A stretch of 64,000 nt of DNA from Paramecium tetraurelia (lineage: Eukaryota). The translations under genes and the position numbers were made by a program. Of the stretch, positions 40,033 to 53,211 are shown piece by piece. Position 1 is the first letter of the stretch, and each line of letters begins with the position of its first letter. The notes beneath the pieces are model-generated. The model was not told the DNA's origin. It saw nothing but the letters and a program-made list of their open reading frames with translations, and made no database searches. Where the stretch lies: positions 186,001-250,000 of the forward strand of contig CT868085.1 of assembly GCA_000165425.1 (NCBI GenBank), read 5' to 3'.

Positions 40033-40700
40033 TCAATTGATATCCTTCAATAAATTGTGTATTTCTTCAGCAGAATAATCTGGATGCTGTGGTTTAATAA
40101 ATGGCTATGAATTCGATCTCTTTAAAGGATGGGATGACTCCTGCTTTTTCAAATCATCAGCTGACTTATTCCTAAAAAGCATAAAAATTATAAAAACACT
40201 CGTTCTTCATAAATTATGGATCCTATGATAGTCGACACCAATGGGAGAGGGGATTGCTCTTTCCCGATGATTGAATCTGTTAATATTACTACATTCTGTT
40301 CCTAATATTTTTGCACCATCCTCTTTGGGTTTTGCTTCCTATTCTTAATGTTTCTATCTTCAGACTTAACCATCAAGTAAAAGGCAAAACAAATAAAGCA
40401 CACCAAAAAAATTCCAATCTATTGTTATTTTGACAAAAATATTTCGAAGTAATTATAAAAGGATGAGAGTTGCTCAATTAGAGTGCTTTTAGCTGCAGCC
40501 CAATTTGTTATTTCTGATTTCAGATGGTTTTTCTGCCCATCCTATTGAACATCAGTTTGATAAAGGGCTAAATCTACATCACTTAATTTAATTTCTTATG
40601 CATTAATTGGTTAATTGGATTTTGTTCTAAGTTATATTTACTTTTTTGGAATAGCAATAACTGTTGAACAAAGGAGTAAAATGCAAACAACTAATCTCAT
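40033..40700 (-). CDS. Hypothetical type I membrane protein
   Basis: Signal peptide MRLVVCILLLCSTVIA; TM IGIFLVCFICFAFYLMV; one intron; TGA 40033-40035. Confidence 0.7.
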
Positions 40701-40927
40701 ATAAAACGGAATATTAATAAAATTATTATATATAAATTATTAATACTAATTGAGTATTATACAAGTTTCAAATATTATTTTATTTTGGCATTTTATTTTC
40801 TATCCTTAAGGTTTTAAGGCCTTGTAATCCTTAAATATTTAGTTTAATGATTCTGTAACATGTATATCAGATGGTAGATTAATATTGTACATTACTATTA
40901 TTGAAGATATTAAAATTAATAATTGAA

Positions 40928-42403
40928 ATGTTAATAATTGGAGCAATCCTCATCTCAGTTGAACTAACATTAGGAAAATTGACGGTTATAGCTCCATAGG
41001 AATTAAAATAAGAATTGGATCAAAGGAGTGGAGATATATAATATAGCATAGCTAACTTTGGGTAAGTGTTAAATATAAAGAACAATATAGAAATATACCT
41101 TGGGGTCGTAGATTAAGTGGGACTCTTGATATTGCAAATCCTTTAGAAGCTTGCACAGAACTTAATTAAACTGTGAAGAGCCACTTTGTATTAATAAAAA
41201 GAGGAAATTGCTCTTTCGTGAAAAAAGTTAGACAGGCATAAAATGCAGGATATTAATTAGCAATAATAGAGGATGATAAGGGTGAATTAAATCATACCAT
41301 AACAATGTTTGATGACGGGACAGGATATGGAGTATTTGTTACAATAGTATATAGTTATAAATCCCTAGCATTTTTATATCGAAACAAGACGGAGAAATAT
41401 TAACAAAATATTTGAGGATGCCAAAATCAAACTTGGAGACTGAATAAATTCAATTACTCATCAAATTTGATGTTCGTAAAAAAAATAACGTAACTGCTTT
41501 GTTTGCCTTGAATATAACATCAGAAGAAACATATAAATTTTTGAGAGAATTTCAACCTTATTATCAAAAATTGAAAAATGAATAAAGTATTGTTTTTGGT
41601 AATATTGCTTTATTAGTTTAATACATTGTAATGTATCCATTGTATCAAATTGTTCCAAATCCGGATAAACCGATTGAGTATTAAAATTGTATATCATATG
41701 GTAAATACTGTTCACGAGATCCTGATGGATCAGGAATAGCAACAGGCAGGATGGTTGTGGAAGAGATACTTAGATAATTATGTATCTTTGAACAAAATTC
41801 TGAGAAATGGTTGGCTTATATGGTATATACTAATCAAAACTTTAGATATCATTCAGAGATAATTGCACATCAGCATAATAATATGAAAGTTGTTCACCTC
41901 TAGTCTAAGAAGAAGTTGGAATCAATTAATAAAAGGTAGAAAAATGCATAAGAGATTAATAAGAAAGTCATTCATTTTCAATAAAGAATGAAACCAGTAA
42001 TTACAAGTAGCACAATATTTTGGAGAATTAATTATATTTATGGTAGGCTTCTGGTGTATAATAACTGCCAGGAATCATAATTAATTAATAGGATTATTTA
42101 GGACAAATCACTGGCGCTAATGTTTTTCTTGACATTTGTTATAGCTTTACAACAACGCCTGCATCTTGTGGCGAATATATTGATGGATAAACTAAGTAAC
42201 AAGATTCATCATCAAATCTTTATTTGACTATAGGTATTATTATATTCGTCATGCTCATATTTTTTATACTTCTCTTTTGTGTTTACACAAGATTAATTCA
42301 AAAAGAATTTAAGGAGAGTAGTTAGGCATAGGTCAATGAAATGGTGACATAATATATATAATTTTATGAATCCAAGGATAAGAAGAGCAAAGAAGCCATA
42401 TGA
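40928..42403 (+). CDS. Vacuolar sorting receptor (BP-80/VSR-like; PA domain, thioredoxin-like region, TM)
   Basis: Signal peptide; IANFG..IPWG; LIKRGNCSFVKKVRQAQNAG; CISYGKYCSRDPDG..GRMVVEEILRQLCI; TM, then VNEMVTQYIQF. Confidence 0.88.
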
Positions 42404-42433
42404 AATATTTTATTTGTTTGTAAAAAAATAACT

Positions 42434-42679
42434 TCATTATTTTTTAATTTTCTTAGACTTTGGTAATTCCGTCTTTGTTTAACTCTTCTATTTGGTTTGT
42501 GTGGTCTTTTTTTGCTTTTTTATTGTTTTCTTTGGTTCGACATTTTTATTATCCTTTGGAACTGATTATTATTCTCCCTATATTTATTTACTATCTAAGC
42601 TCACAATGGCCTTTTTTATAATATCCCTGTGCTTAGGATTTGATTTACTTTTTGTTTATCCATTTAAACCTAGGATCAT
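42434..42679 (-). CDS. Small Lys-rich basic protein (81 aa), linker-histone-like
   Basis: MILGLNGQTKSKSNPKHRDIIKKAIVSL..EPKKTIKKQKKTTQTKQKSQTKTELPKSKKIKKQ TGA; open code-6 frame. Confidence 0.6.
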
Positions 42680-42929
42680 GTTTTATATATTTAAATAATT
42701 ATTAAATTCTATGTTGAAAATTTATTAAAGATGTTAAAAAAATATAATCATTTATTTCAAAGCATCAATGATGGATCATTTGAATTAAACTTCTTAATTA
42801 AACTAACCAAACATAAATGTTAATTTTATGTTATCTAAAGAATAGTATACTTATTCAAGTAAATGAAATCAAAAATCAATATATTTAGAAAAAAAAATAT
42901 TCTCTAAAACAAATTTATCAATCAATTAT

Positions 42930-45900
42930 CAATTCATCATCAATTCATTTATGTTCAAAATTCGAACTTATTTTTACTGTTGAAAGATTCGGTATATTTT
43001 CTCTATTAGAAAAAGTACTTAATATAAATTTTATATAGATACTTTACTCTTGTAGTTATTTATTATGAATTAAATGCATTGTATAGAACAATATTCATAG
43101 ATTATTTTTTTGATGTCTAAAGTTTTTTGTAAGCTGTTTTTAACTTCTAAAAATTTTATTTGGCTCTTTCTCTGCTTTCAGCATTTGTTTTTAGTAATCT
43201 TAAGCACTACCTACTCATTCTAAACCTATATGGTAAATTTTTATGAATAGTCGATTTAACTAAATCAAACGTTTTTTCCATTTCATTCGTGTAGGCATTG
43301 AAAATGTACAACAAGAGCTTGATTAAGAAAAATATATTAATGATAATTAATGTGAAAAAGTATATGACTGAAATATTATAGAATTCTGATTATTAGCCCA
43401 TGTTTAAACCAATTCCTATGATAATTGAAATCTCGCAAATAATTGTTGACTAATAATCTAAATGATTTAATCTAGCAGATTTAAATGGTTGATATTTTAG
43501 ATTCAAAGACCAATAGCTAAAAAGAATAAAGTAGATTAAAGATCCTTTTAATATGATTGAATCTTCATAATAGATTAAAACTAATATTAGCAATTCCTTA
43601 TCAACGATTTTGATGATTTCCCAAAAATATGCATTAGGTTTATACTCATAGTATAAATAACCAAGCAGACTCTTACCTCTTTTATAGATAAGCTTGTTTC
43701 TGATTTTACACAAACTCACAAGCATGCCTAAAGGTATCAATATACCAAATAATGACAAAAAGGGTATACAAAAAGTAAGAACCCACTTTATATGCGTAGA
43801 TGTATTAAATTTAAATGCAACATTAGCTTGAATCCAAGGAACATTAGAAATTGTTCTGGTTGAAATCAGTGCTATAAGTGATCCAATTATACTTGGCTGA
43901 AAATATATGTACATATAAATGATTGCTGTCATTACAATAGGTCCTCTATAATTGAGTTACTTGGTCGAAATTAAGATTGAATAAACGATTGAAAGAATAC
44001 TAAAATAAAAACAAGGGATTAATAATTGCCAGATCAACCTTAAATAGTGAATATCCAAAGTTGACATATCAGCTAATATAAATGAATATATTGATTACTT
44101 AAATAGCAGTCTAGAGAATAAGATATTCTTTGGATTGGATTGCCAATTCCATTTAAAAAGTAAAACAAATCTACTGGCAACCTTAATTTGAAAGAAGTCA
44201 AAGAACTAATTATTTATAAGTAATTTGTAAGAATTTTGATCAAATAAGGTGATTCAAGTTAATAGTTTTAAGCAGAATTAGCCCCTTTAACACTTAAAAC
44301 TATAGTAATTAAAGACCTAAAAATAATAATTATTATTGATTACCAAATACTGAATCCTATGATTTAAACTAAATTGTAACTAACATTGTCACATGAACCA
44401 CAGGAGTACTATTGAGATGTAGAAAAGGACCCGCCTCCTCTGATATTCTATATGTCACACTATTCACACAATGCCCCTATGTGGCCTTCATAACAAGAAA
44501 TATCTCCATAATTCCATCCTCCTAAGCAGTTCTCTTCTAAATTTAAACATTCTTCTACAATATTGTTTTCAAAGTAAGGTCTCCAATATCCCTATTAAAA
44601 ACTTAAAATAAATGAATACAGAACGTAAGTTCAATCCAAAAGATGTTACGTTAATTGTTGATTATTCATCTCTGATATAACATTTATTCAAATTAAGTTG
44701 ATTTGAATATTAATCTAGACTTGGATCACATTCATGGCATGAATTATCTTGAATAGATTTTATCTAGCCCACACGACATTTGAAAGTGTTAATATTTACA
44801 TATAACTTATAATTGTTGTGAAATGACTAAATTATTACATTGTTTTCATCATATTAAGGTATTTTTATGCAAGAGCAGGAGATGACTAATTATAAATATG
44901 TTTTATTGGTATTTTCACTATCAAAATAAATGATCAAATCATCTAGATTATAATCATTTGTATTAGAATCAAAAGAAACAGACTTTTTATTAATTAATCC
45001 CTAATTTGAGCTTTCCTGTACTTAGTTCTTTTCTAAATCAAAAACAAATGTCTCAAGAGTGCAATATGAATTAGTTAAATTATTTAATTTTGAATAATGA
45101 TCATCCAAAGCTACTACTCTAAATGTGAAATTCATGGGCTCTAATTACTCTGATAACTAATTAAATTTTTGGTATTCTTTTATTGGTGTTCCACTTGGTA
45201 AATAAATAACATTGTCCTGTGATTCTAATGAATTACCTATAGATTCTATCAGACTATTTCTAGTATCTTATTCAATTATCGTGTTATAAATGTACTGATA
45301 ATTATTTAAAGTAATTGATAAATGAGTCGGAGCTTAAACCTCATTTTGACCATAATACGATGCCTGATTATCAAAAACAAAAGTATTATACTGTTTCATC
45401 TCTTACCTAACACTGTTATCAAAGTATACAGCTCCAGCTATACTTGCATTATTATTAATAATCTGACTGTCAACTAAAAATAAAAATGATTGATTTCCAC
45501 TAAAATAAATTGCCCCACCAGCAACTTAGGCTTGGTTTTTAATAAATATAGAATTTAATATTATTATATTAGTTTGATTAGACAATAGGCAAGTTCCAAA
45601 AGTTGCAACATTTTCTTAACATTTATAATTTTTAATGATTATGTCATGATTAACTAACTCCAAAATCTTTTCGCTATTAGATGCAAGCAACCTATTTTAT
45701 GTTGACTTTACGGCTGTTACATCAAAAACATCATTATTTATATACAAGCAACCCGCTTAGCCACAAAAGTTTTTCAATATTATCAAATCTTTAATTACAA
45801 TTTAGTATGCATCAAGGGTCTATTTATTAATATAAAGATTAACTAAACCACTTAAGGAGTTTGAATAATAATTATTGGAAAGATTTATGTCGAACATTTA

Positions 45901-48900
45901 GATCAGATCATTGCTTTTAATTTTGGAGATAGAAATAGCTGATAATTAGATAGCAGTATCTGAAAATAGCAATTTTTAGTTTAAGCATTCATTTTCCTCA
46001 ACATTATCCTCTTCATCCTCCTTTATAAAACTTGGAATGTCTGAAATGGCTTTTGAATTGCACTACATGTAAATTATTTTTTGAGAGATTGTATTCTAAA
46101 CAATCTCACATAGCCCATTTTATTTTTCAACCTACATAACATTATTGAAAGAGATAATTTTAATTAAAATTACTGTAGACAGATCTAATTAGATTAAATA
46201 ATAAATATACCTTCCCTTGGCTATATTAGAATAATATTATTTTAAGGAGCAGTGCCTCCTAAAATTGTGATTTTATTCAAAATTACATCCCCTTAATCTA
46301 CACCTTCCAAAATAGATTCTCTAAAGATGTTGTCAATAAGAATGTCTTTTAAGATTAGAACTGTATTTTCAACATAGATAGACACAAAATTATTGATATC
46401 CAATAATGCTTTCTAATTATTTATTAAATGTTTCATGTAATTAAAAAGAGCATCTTTTTGATTTTTAATAATTATCTTTTAAAGTTATATCACATTTTAT
46501 AATGAGTTTTTTTAGAAAGCTGCATGAATAACAGAACCTTTTCTAGATATACATTCTGATAGAGTCAAGTTATTAATTGACAAGTTTAGTTGATCTTAAT
46601 TAGAAGAGACAAATAAAAAGCTTCCGTAATCTTTCGCCAAAATATTTTATGCCACTATGTCTTAGATTTCTACTTTACATCCACTAATTGGGATCTTAAT
46701 AAAGATGCACCCTCCATTTTCTTCATTGTATTTAAAGAATGTAGTTAAATTCTTGAATGTTATATTGAACAATTTAATAATTTATCCACTAATGTACAAT
46801 CCAATTCCATTCAACCCTTATGAATTCTCCACTTGACTATTTTGTACAACTACAACATCGGCTTCAAGGTAGGAATTTCCGTATGCATTCTAAAAATCAA
46901 AGATGGATTTTAAGTCATTCTGATATATAATCTAACTTAGAGGGTATTGCCAATCAATATTGTTTATAAGGATTTCGATATTCTAATAGGAATTATTAAC
47001 GAATTAAACTTAATCTAACATAATTTATTCAGAAATAATATTTATGACACTGTCAGTAGTGTTGGTTGCAAAATTATCATAAATTTAGTTGTTTTTTAAA
47101 TTAATTATTCCTGATGGACAATAGATTAGCAAAGCAACAGATGAAGCCTTTAATAAATTTTTTTAATAGTTGTGCAATTGATTTTACTTGATTTCAACCA
47201 TTTCAACATTTACAATAATTTTTTAATTAGATGTGATGGATATTAAAGAAGCACTTGCATCTTTTTATGATGTAATTAATAAGTTATCTTTTATTATAAA
47301 ATATTTGATTGAAAGTGCATCTTAATCTGAGGATGAAGTTTTTGATTGAGTTGTGAATAATAGAAAACCAGAATTAATAAAGTTCATTCGAGTTATAATA
47401 AAATTCTCCAATTTAGTATTCCTAACATCAAATAGTTAAATTAAACTAGGGAATTTATTGTTAGCTTTAATTATACTAGAACAATCATAATACTAGTGTA
47501 ATAACAGTATTTAAGATTAGGTAGCTATCAGGTCTGTAAATATAAGTGATTATAAATTAGTAAATATAAATTCCTATATGCCAAACCCTCTAATGATTTT
47601 GCATGTTGATACTATGGCCTATTGTAATTGAATATATATTAAGTATGATTGCAACTGGTTATATGCTGATTATTATTTCTCGTCTATCATTACTTATTCT
47701 AAAAAGATATTTTTAATTGTGATTTCAGATGTTATTGAATCGAAGGCTTAGAAGTATAAAATTTCAGTTTCATAACTGGAAATCAAATTTTTAACTTTCA
47801 GATTGTCAATTGAGTATATGAAGGTGATTTATTTTGATATTTAATTTTCAACCTAATTACGAATAAATGAGACTGATCCATAAGAGTGACAATCAGATAT
47901 CAATAATTAATTAATTGAGCCTGATCTTTCAAGTTATAAAAATGTTGAATCAATGATTACTAAATCCACTAATTCAATATTTTCAATGTTCGTTGATAAA
48001 GCATAATTTAATAAGAAAAATGGCTCTGAGTTTTCTAACTTTCCTTATATAATAAAATTGGCTACAGTTATTGATTACAATATTTAATCATTTTATGTGT
48101 TCAACAATGAACTATTCTTGAATACAGAGTTAATGCTAATATGTTTAAAATTAATAGATTAAATATCAGTGGATTTGAATTCTAAGATATTAGTATTCTC
48201 AAAAATGCTATGTTCAAATAAAAAATTCTCTATTTAAATAGAGGAGGTTTTTGAAATAGTATCATAAAAAAATGAAAAAAGACTTTTTTGGTTTTTATTT
48301 TTAATATTCATATTTCTAAGGATCACCTAACTAAAGACTATTTCATTCAATTGGGTGCACTAAAAGCTAAAAAAAGTAGAGGTTGTTAAGGAAGTTGTTG
48401 ATATTACTATCTTGTATAATTGCAATTCAATGGATTTAAAGCCATATGCATTGATATTCTTATTATAAATGTTTGATTAAATCATAAATTGTACATTTTC
48501 AAAACGTAATAAAGTAAAATCAATAAAGTGTAATTCTTCAAAAATAGTTATTTACAATTCTTTTTCAATATTAGACTTTATAGTTAATTGAACATCGCTA
48601 GATATAGTAAAATATATTACATAGCTTGAAACACATTTTTAGAGAAGGCTTAAGTTATATAACTTAATTAAGGAACCTAACAAACTTATTCACTTTTGGA
48701 TACAAGAATCAATTTGACTTTCTTAATTATCTTTTTGCTCATAATGCTGTAGATGGCATCAATATCAAACTAAATGGATATCATAAAATATTACTATTTA
48801 AAAGCTGTTTCCCTAAACATTATATTATAATAATTGTGAAAACATAACATTTTCTTTCTTAAATTTATTTTTTAAATCTATGTCTTAGATTAATTCTAAT

Positions 48901-51900
48901 TAAGCAAGGTAATCTTCATCATTACAAAATAAATTTAATTCCAAAGTTACAACATTCTCACATGGCTCTGAATTCTAACATGATATAAATTATCCTAGGA
49001 TACTATCATAAAACAAAGTTTCATCATTCTAATATGGTTTTAAACATTAATAAGTTTAAATAGCATTGATATCAGTTTTAATGAACAGAGAATTAATGCT
49101 TTGAATTTCTTCATTTGTTCTTTCCCTGCAAAGTTCACAGTAACTAGGACAACCAGTACATTAATTTTATACTAGACTTAATAGATTATGATAGATATTC
49201 TGACCACATGTTTAGCATGTATATTGACCATCTAAATAAATGCAACTTTAACAACTGTCATCACAATACTTAATGCATTTGTTATCTCTTAAAATATAAC
49301 CCGTGTAACAAGATGTGCATATTATTTCATAATCATCTAAATTTTAGCTTTAATCCTAGCTCCAGTACTATTAAATAATAAATTTATTTATTTTACAAAA
49401 TAGAAAAGATCAAAGGAAGAGTGTAGAAACTGGACAAGGGATATTAAATTGTTCTTCCATTCATCATTATATCCGATAGTCGAATGATAACATGTTTTAC
49501 AATGTAGATTTTCTGGACATAATTAACATTAACCAGTTAATCGAGTAGAATAATATCCTTATTGACATTTCAAACAGTAGGCATTTGTCTTCTGTTTTTT
49601 AGTATAACACCAAAAACAATTCTACAATTGAGTATTGCAAAAATCTCCTTCAACACTGAAGCCACTTGAATATGGTGATTTAAAACAAATATTTTGGTAG
49701 CCGTAATCAACTCCAAGATAAACAAATTTGTAATAATATGCAATTGAACATTAATAGTCAATTACATCAAAAGGATCACAAGTACTTTACTGATAATTGT
49801 ATATAAAACCGTCTTAACATAATCCACAAATTGGTTTCTCATCTGATAAGTTATTAGAAGGTTAGAAATTATAAATAATAGCATTGTAAAAATAATTAGC
49901 CTAGGAGACTAAAACCACATTTTAGCAATTAGGAATATCTATTATTTTGCAATCCACTCCGTTGAATCGAATAGCCATTATTTTGTTATCAACACATGTT
50001 AAGCACCTTAAAAAATATTCTTAGGTTTGGATATTAAAATCTTCTCTGCAAAATTGACAATAGATTCCACAAGGCTAACATTATCCCAAATGGTTTACAG
50101 TATATTATCTATATAATCAATTGATAAATACGATTGACAAGTTAGACATTAGTATCCTATATTACTATCAGGGTTATTTTAACATGTTTTGCATTCCTTA
50201 GGACATGGCAAACACATCTTCTCTTAAAAATTGAAAAAGTAATTTTCAATACAGGTTAAACAAACGTCTTTAGATTGACATACAATGCATGATTGAATAC
50301 AATTTAAACATTAAAGGTTATCGTAATATCTATTGGTTTTACATTTCATTCTTATTTATACACCTAAATGAAATTCATTACTATATTAACATTCCAAGTT
50401 AAGTTGCTTCACAAAATTCACTGGGCTCCTTCTAATAATTATAAATTTCTAATCTTTATTGATGAANNNNNNNNNNNNNNNNNNNNNNNNNNNNNNNNNN
50501 NNNNNNNNNNNNNNNNNNNNNNNNNNNNNNNNNNNNNNNNNNNNNNNNNNNNNNNNNNNNNNNNNNNNNNNNNNNNNNNNNNNNNNNNNNNNNNNNNNNN
50601 NNNNNNNNNNNNNNNNNNNNNNNNNNNNNNNNNNNNNNNNNNNNNNNNNNNNNNNNNNNNNNNNNNNNNNNNNNNNNNNNNNNNNNNNNNNNNNNNNNNN
50701 NNNNNNNNNNNNNNNNNNNNNNNNNNNNNNNNNNNNNNNNNNNNNNNNNNNNNNNNNNNNNNNNNNNNNNNNNNNNNNNNNNNNNNNNNNNNNNNNNNNN
50801 NNNNNNNNNNNNNNNNNNNNNNNNNNNNNNNNNNNNNNNNNNNNNNNNNNNNNNNNNNNNNNNNNNNNNNNNNNNNNNNNNNNNNNNNNNNNNNNNNNNN
50901 NNNNNNNNNNNNNNNNNNNNNNNNNNNNNNNNNNNNNNNNNNNNNNNNNNNNNNNNNNNNNNNNNNNNNNNNNNNNNNNNNNNNNNNNNNNNNNNNNNNN
51001 NNNNNNNNNNNNNNNNNNNNNNNNNNNNNNNNNNNNNNNNNNNNNNNNNNNNNNNNNNNNNNNNNNNNNNNNNNNNNNNNNNNNNNNNNNNNNNNNNNNN
51101 NNNNNNNNNNNNNNNNNNNNNNNNNNNNNNNNNNNNNNNNNNNNNNNNNNNNNNNNNNNNNNNNNNNNNNNNNNNNNNNNNNNNCATCTTCTATCGGACC
51201 ACTAATATAATAAAACTCTTTTGTTTGTACTCTGCTTCTAGGTATGCCATTTTCAGCTCTCAATTACATGACCAAAATGATTAAATTTCCTGAATATTAA
51301 GTATTATAATTGTATGTTCCTAAATAATAAACTAATGGCTCTTCATTCATAAAATAAAGCCTCAATTACATTAAAGCTCCATCCTTAGGAGTTCTACCTT
51401 AATCAACGACAAAATAGTGCCATTCTTAGGTTTTCTCATAGAAATTATCTTTTTTTATAGACAAAGTATCATATTTTCTCAATTCTTCATCCTAATATAG
51501 TGGAACTCCAAAAGGGATCTTATAAAACTAAGCATTAAGATGAATTACTGTTTCGTTATTGTTTTCAAAGTCAACCTTTTATTTTCATAAATAAATACTG
51601 CATAATAAAAGTCAAGCAATATATCTCCCTATTTTTTATTTGTTACATAAAATAAGTTATACATAATAAAAATTGATTGTTCTAATTGATAATACGACAG
51701 ACCATAATTTTTCTAATAATATGTGAATGCCTATTAATTAATAAATTCATACCTCGAAATAATTTTGCTTGACCCATCCTCTAATTGTATATCTTTAATT
51801 GTAGGAAAATAATTGAAAATTTAAGATTTCAAAATCATTCTTCGACAGATTTGGGTCTAATACTCTGAATAAATCAAAATTAAGTATGGTATTTTTCTAA

Positions 51901-52631
51901 TTCTAAAATGGGCATTTTTAAAATAAATTCTCAAAGAAGTTGTCATCATAAAAGAAAGGATTGTATTCTTATATAGTAGAGAGTAGTCCCTTATAATGTA
52001 GTAAAGGATTCCAATTATATACAAAGTTTTAGGAAAGATCTGTAAGGTATCCTCCTAAAATAATGGTAATTTTTTCTGATAATAACTAATATTCAAAAGT
52101 AAAGAGCTAATCATTGAAGTTTGTGTAAAATCTAATGACATGGTCGACAGATGAATATAGGATTGAAGTATAGAACCAATGATTCTCATATTTACTTGCC
52201 TAAAATTGAACTGATGCATGCTGGATAATATCAGAATTTTATTTAAACAAATAAAAATCGTGAGTTAAGCTAATTGGATTATCATTCATATTTAATATTA
52301 TTGCTGCAAAATTAAATTCATCATCATCAAGCAGCTTTAAAAAGTAGAATCCATTAAATTGACAAACTTCAAATTAACAATTAGGATCGTCAAAAGGTTT
52401 ATAAAAGATTTCTAATTCCGAATTAATCTAGTTAGAAATGTATTTTGACCAAAAGCCAAACCCTCGTGAATTACCAGAGATTGAATCAGTTTATATTTCT
52501 ATCTATTTTATTTAAGGCTTTTATTAGCTTTATTCTAAGTTTGTATCATCATCTTCATAATAACATGTGATATCATTTTGTAATTAGCTCAATGAGATTT
52601 AGGTTATCCAAAGTAAAATGAAGAAAATCAT
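42930..52631 (-). CDS. Giant (~3000 aa) surface/membrane protein: signal peptide, LamG-like region, Cys-rich furin-like repeats, pectin-lyase-like beta-helix, C-terminal multi-TM domain; 3' end approximate, interrupted by an assembly gap
   Basis: MIFFILLWITQISLS start; many CxxxCxxC repeats (~49100-50300); GGAIYF/GGCIFI/FxxN repeats (~45400-46750); GYWRP..CLGGW..CYEGHIGALCEQCD; LGYLYYEYKPNAYFWEIIK TM region. Confidence 0.85.
50467..51184. other. Assembly gap (718 N)
   Basis: Run of N characters. Confidence 1.
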
Positions 52632-53211
52632 AAATTAATTTTTTTAAATATGATGCAATTAAATTATTAGTATTTGAAGTATTAAACTTTCTAACTTTTT
52701 GATTATGTCTTATTTACAGATAAGAGATATAAATCAAGAAGTGAATTAACATAAAGCATTTATAAATAAAGAAATCCAATTCGTTTAATTTTGAACTATT
52801 TAAGTCTACAATATTAATATTTTTGGTTTCTTTTTTAAATATATTAAAATTAGAGAAGAAATTTAATCTTTTTTCTCTTATAGATTCATATTTAAAATTA
52901 TTTTATAGTTCTTATAATAATTTCATAATTTTTAAAACACAGCTTAACTTAGTTAAATTATATCATTAAATGTTAATAATTTACACTACATGACTAATCA
53001 GTTTTCAGTTAATAAATAAAATAGGAATTCATTATTGATTTGTATTTCATTTATCTTATACTTTTAAATATTGTATTTACAATTAAGTATAGTGAATTTC
53101 ATGAAATTAAGAGAAGAAATTAAACAAAAATTTTAGAAGAACTTTTCTATTTTATCATTAAAACTAGAATTACTTTATTTATGTTTAGAAAATAATTTAT
53201 CATAAATATTA

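Noticed and set aside
50368..51263. Four long ORFs in the ORF track
   Set aside because: Artefacts of translating the N gap
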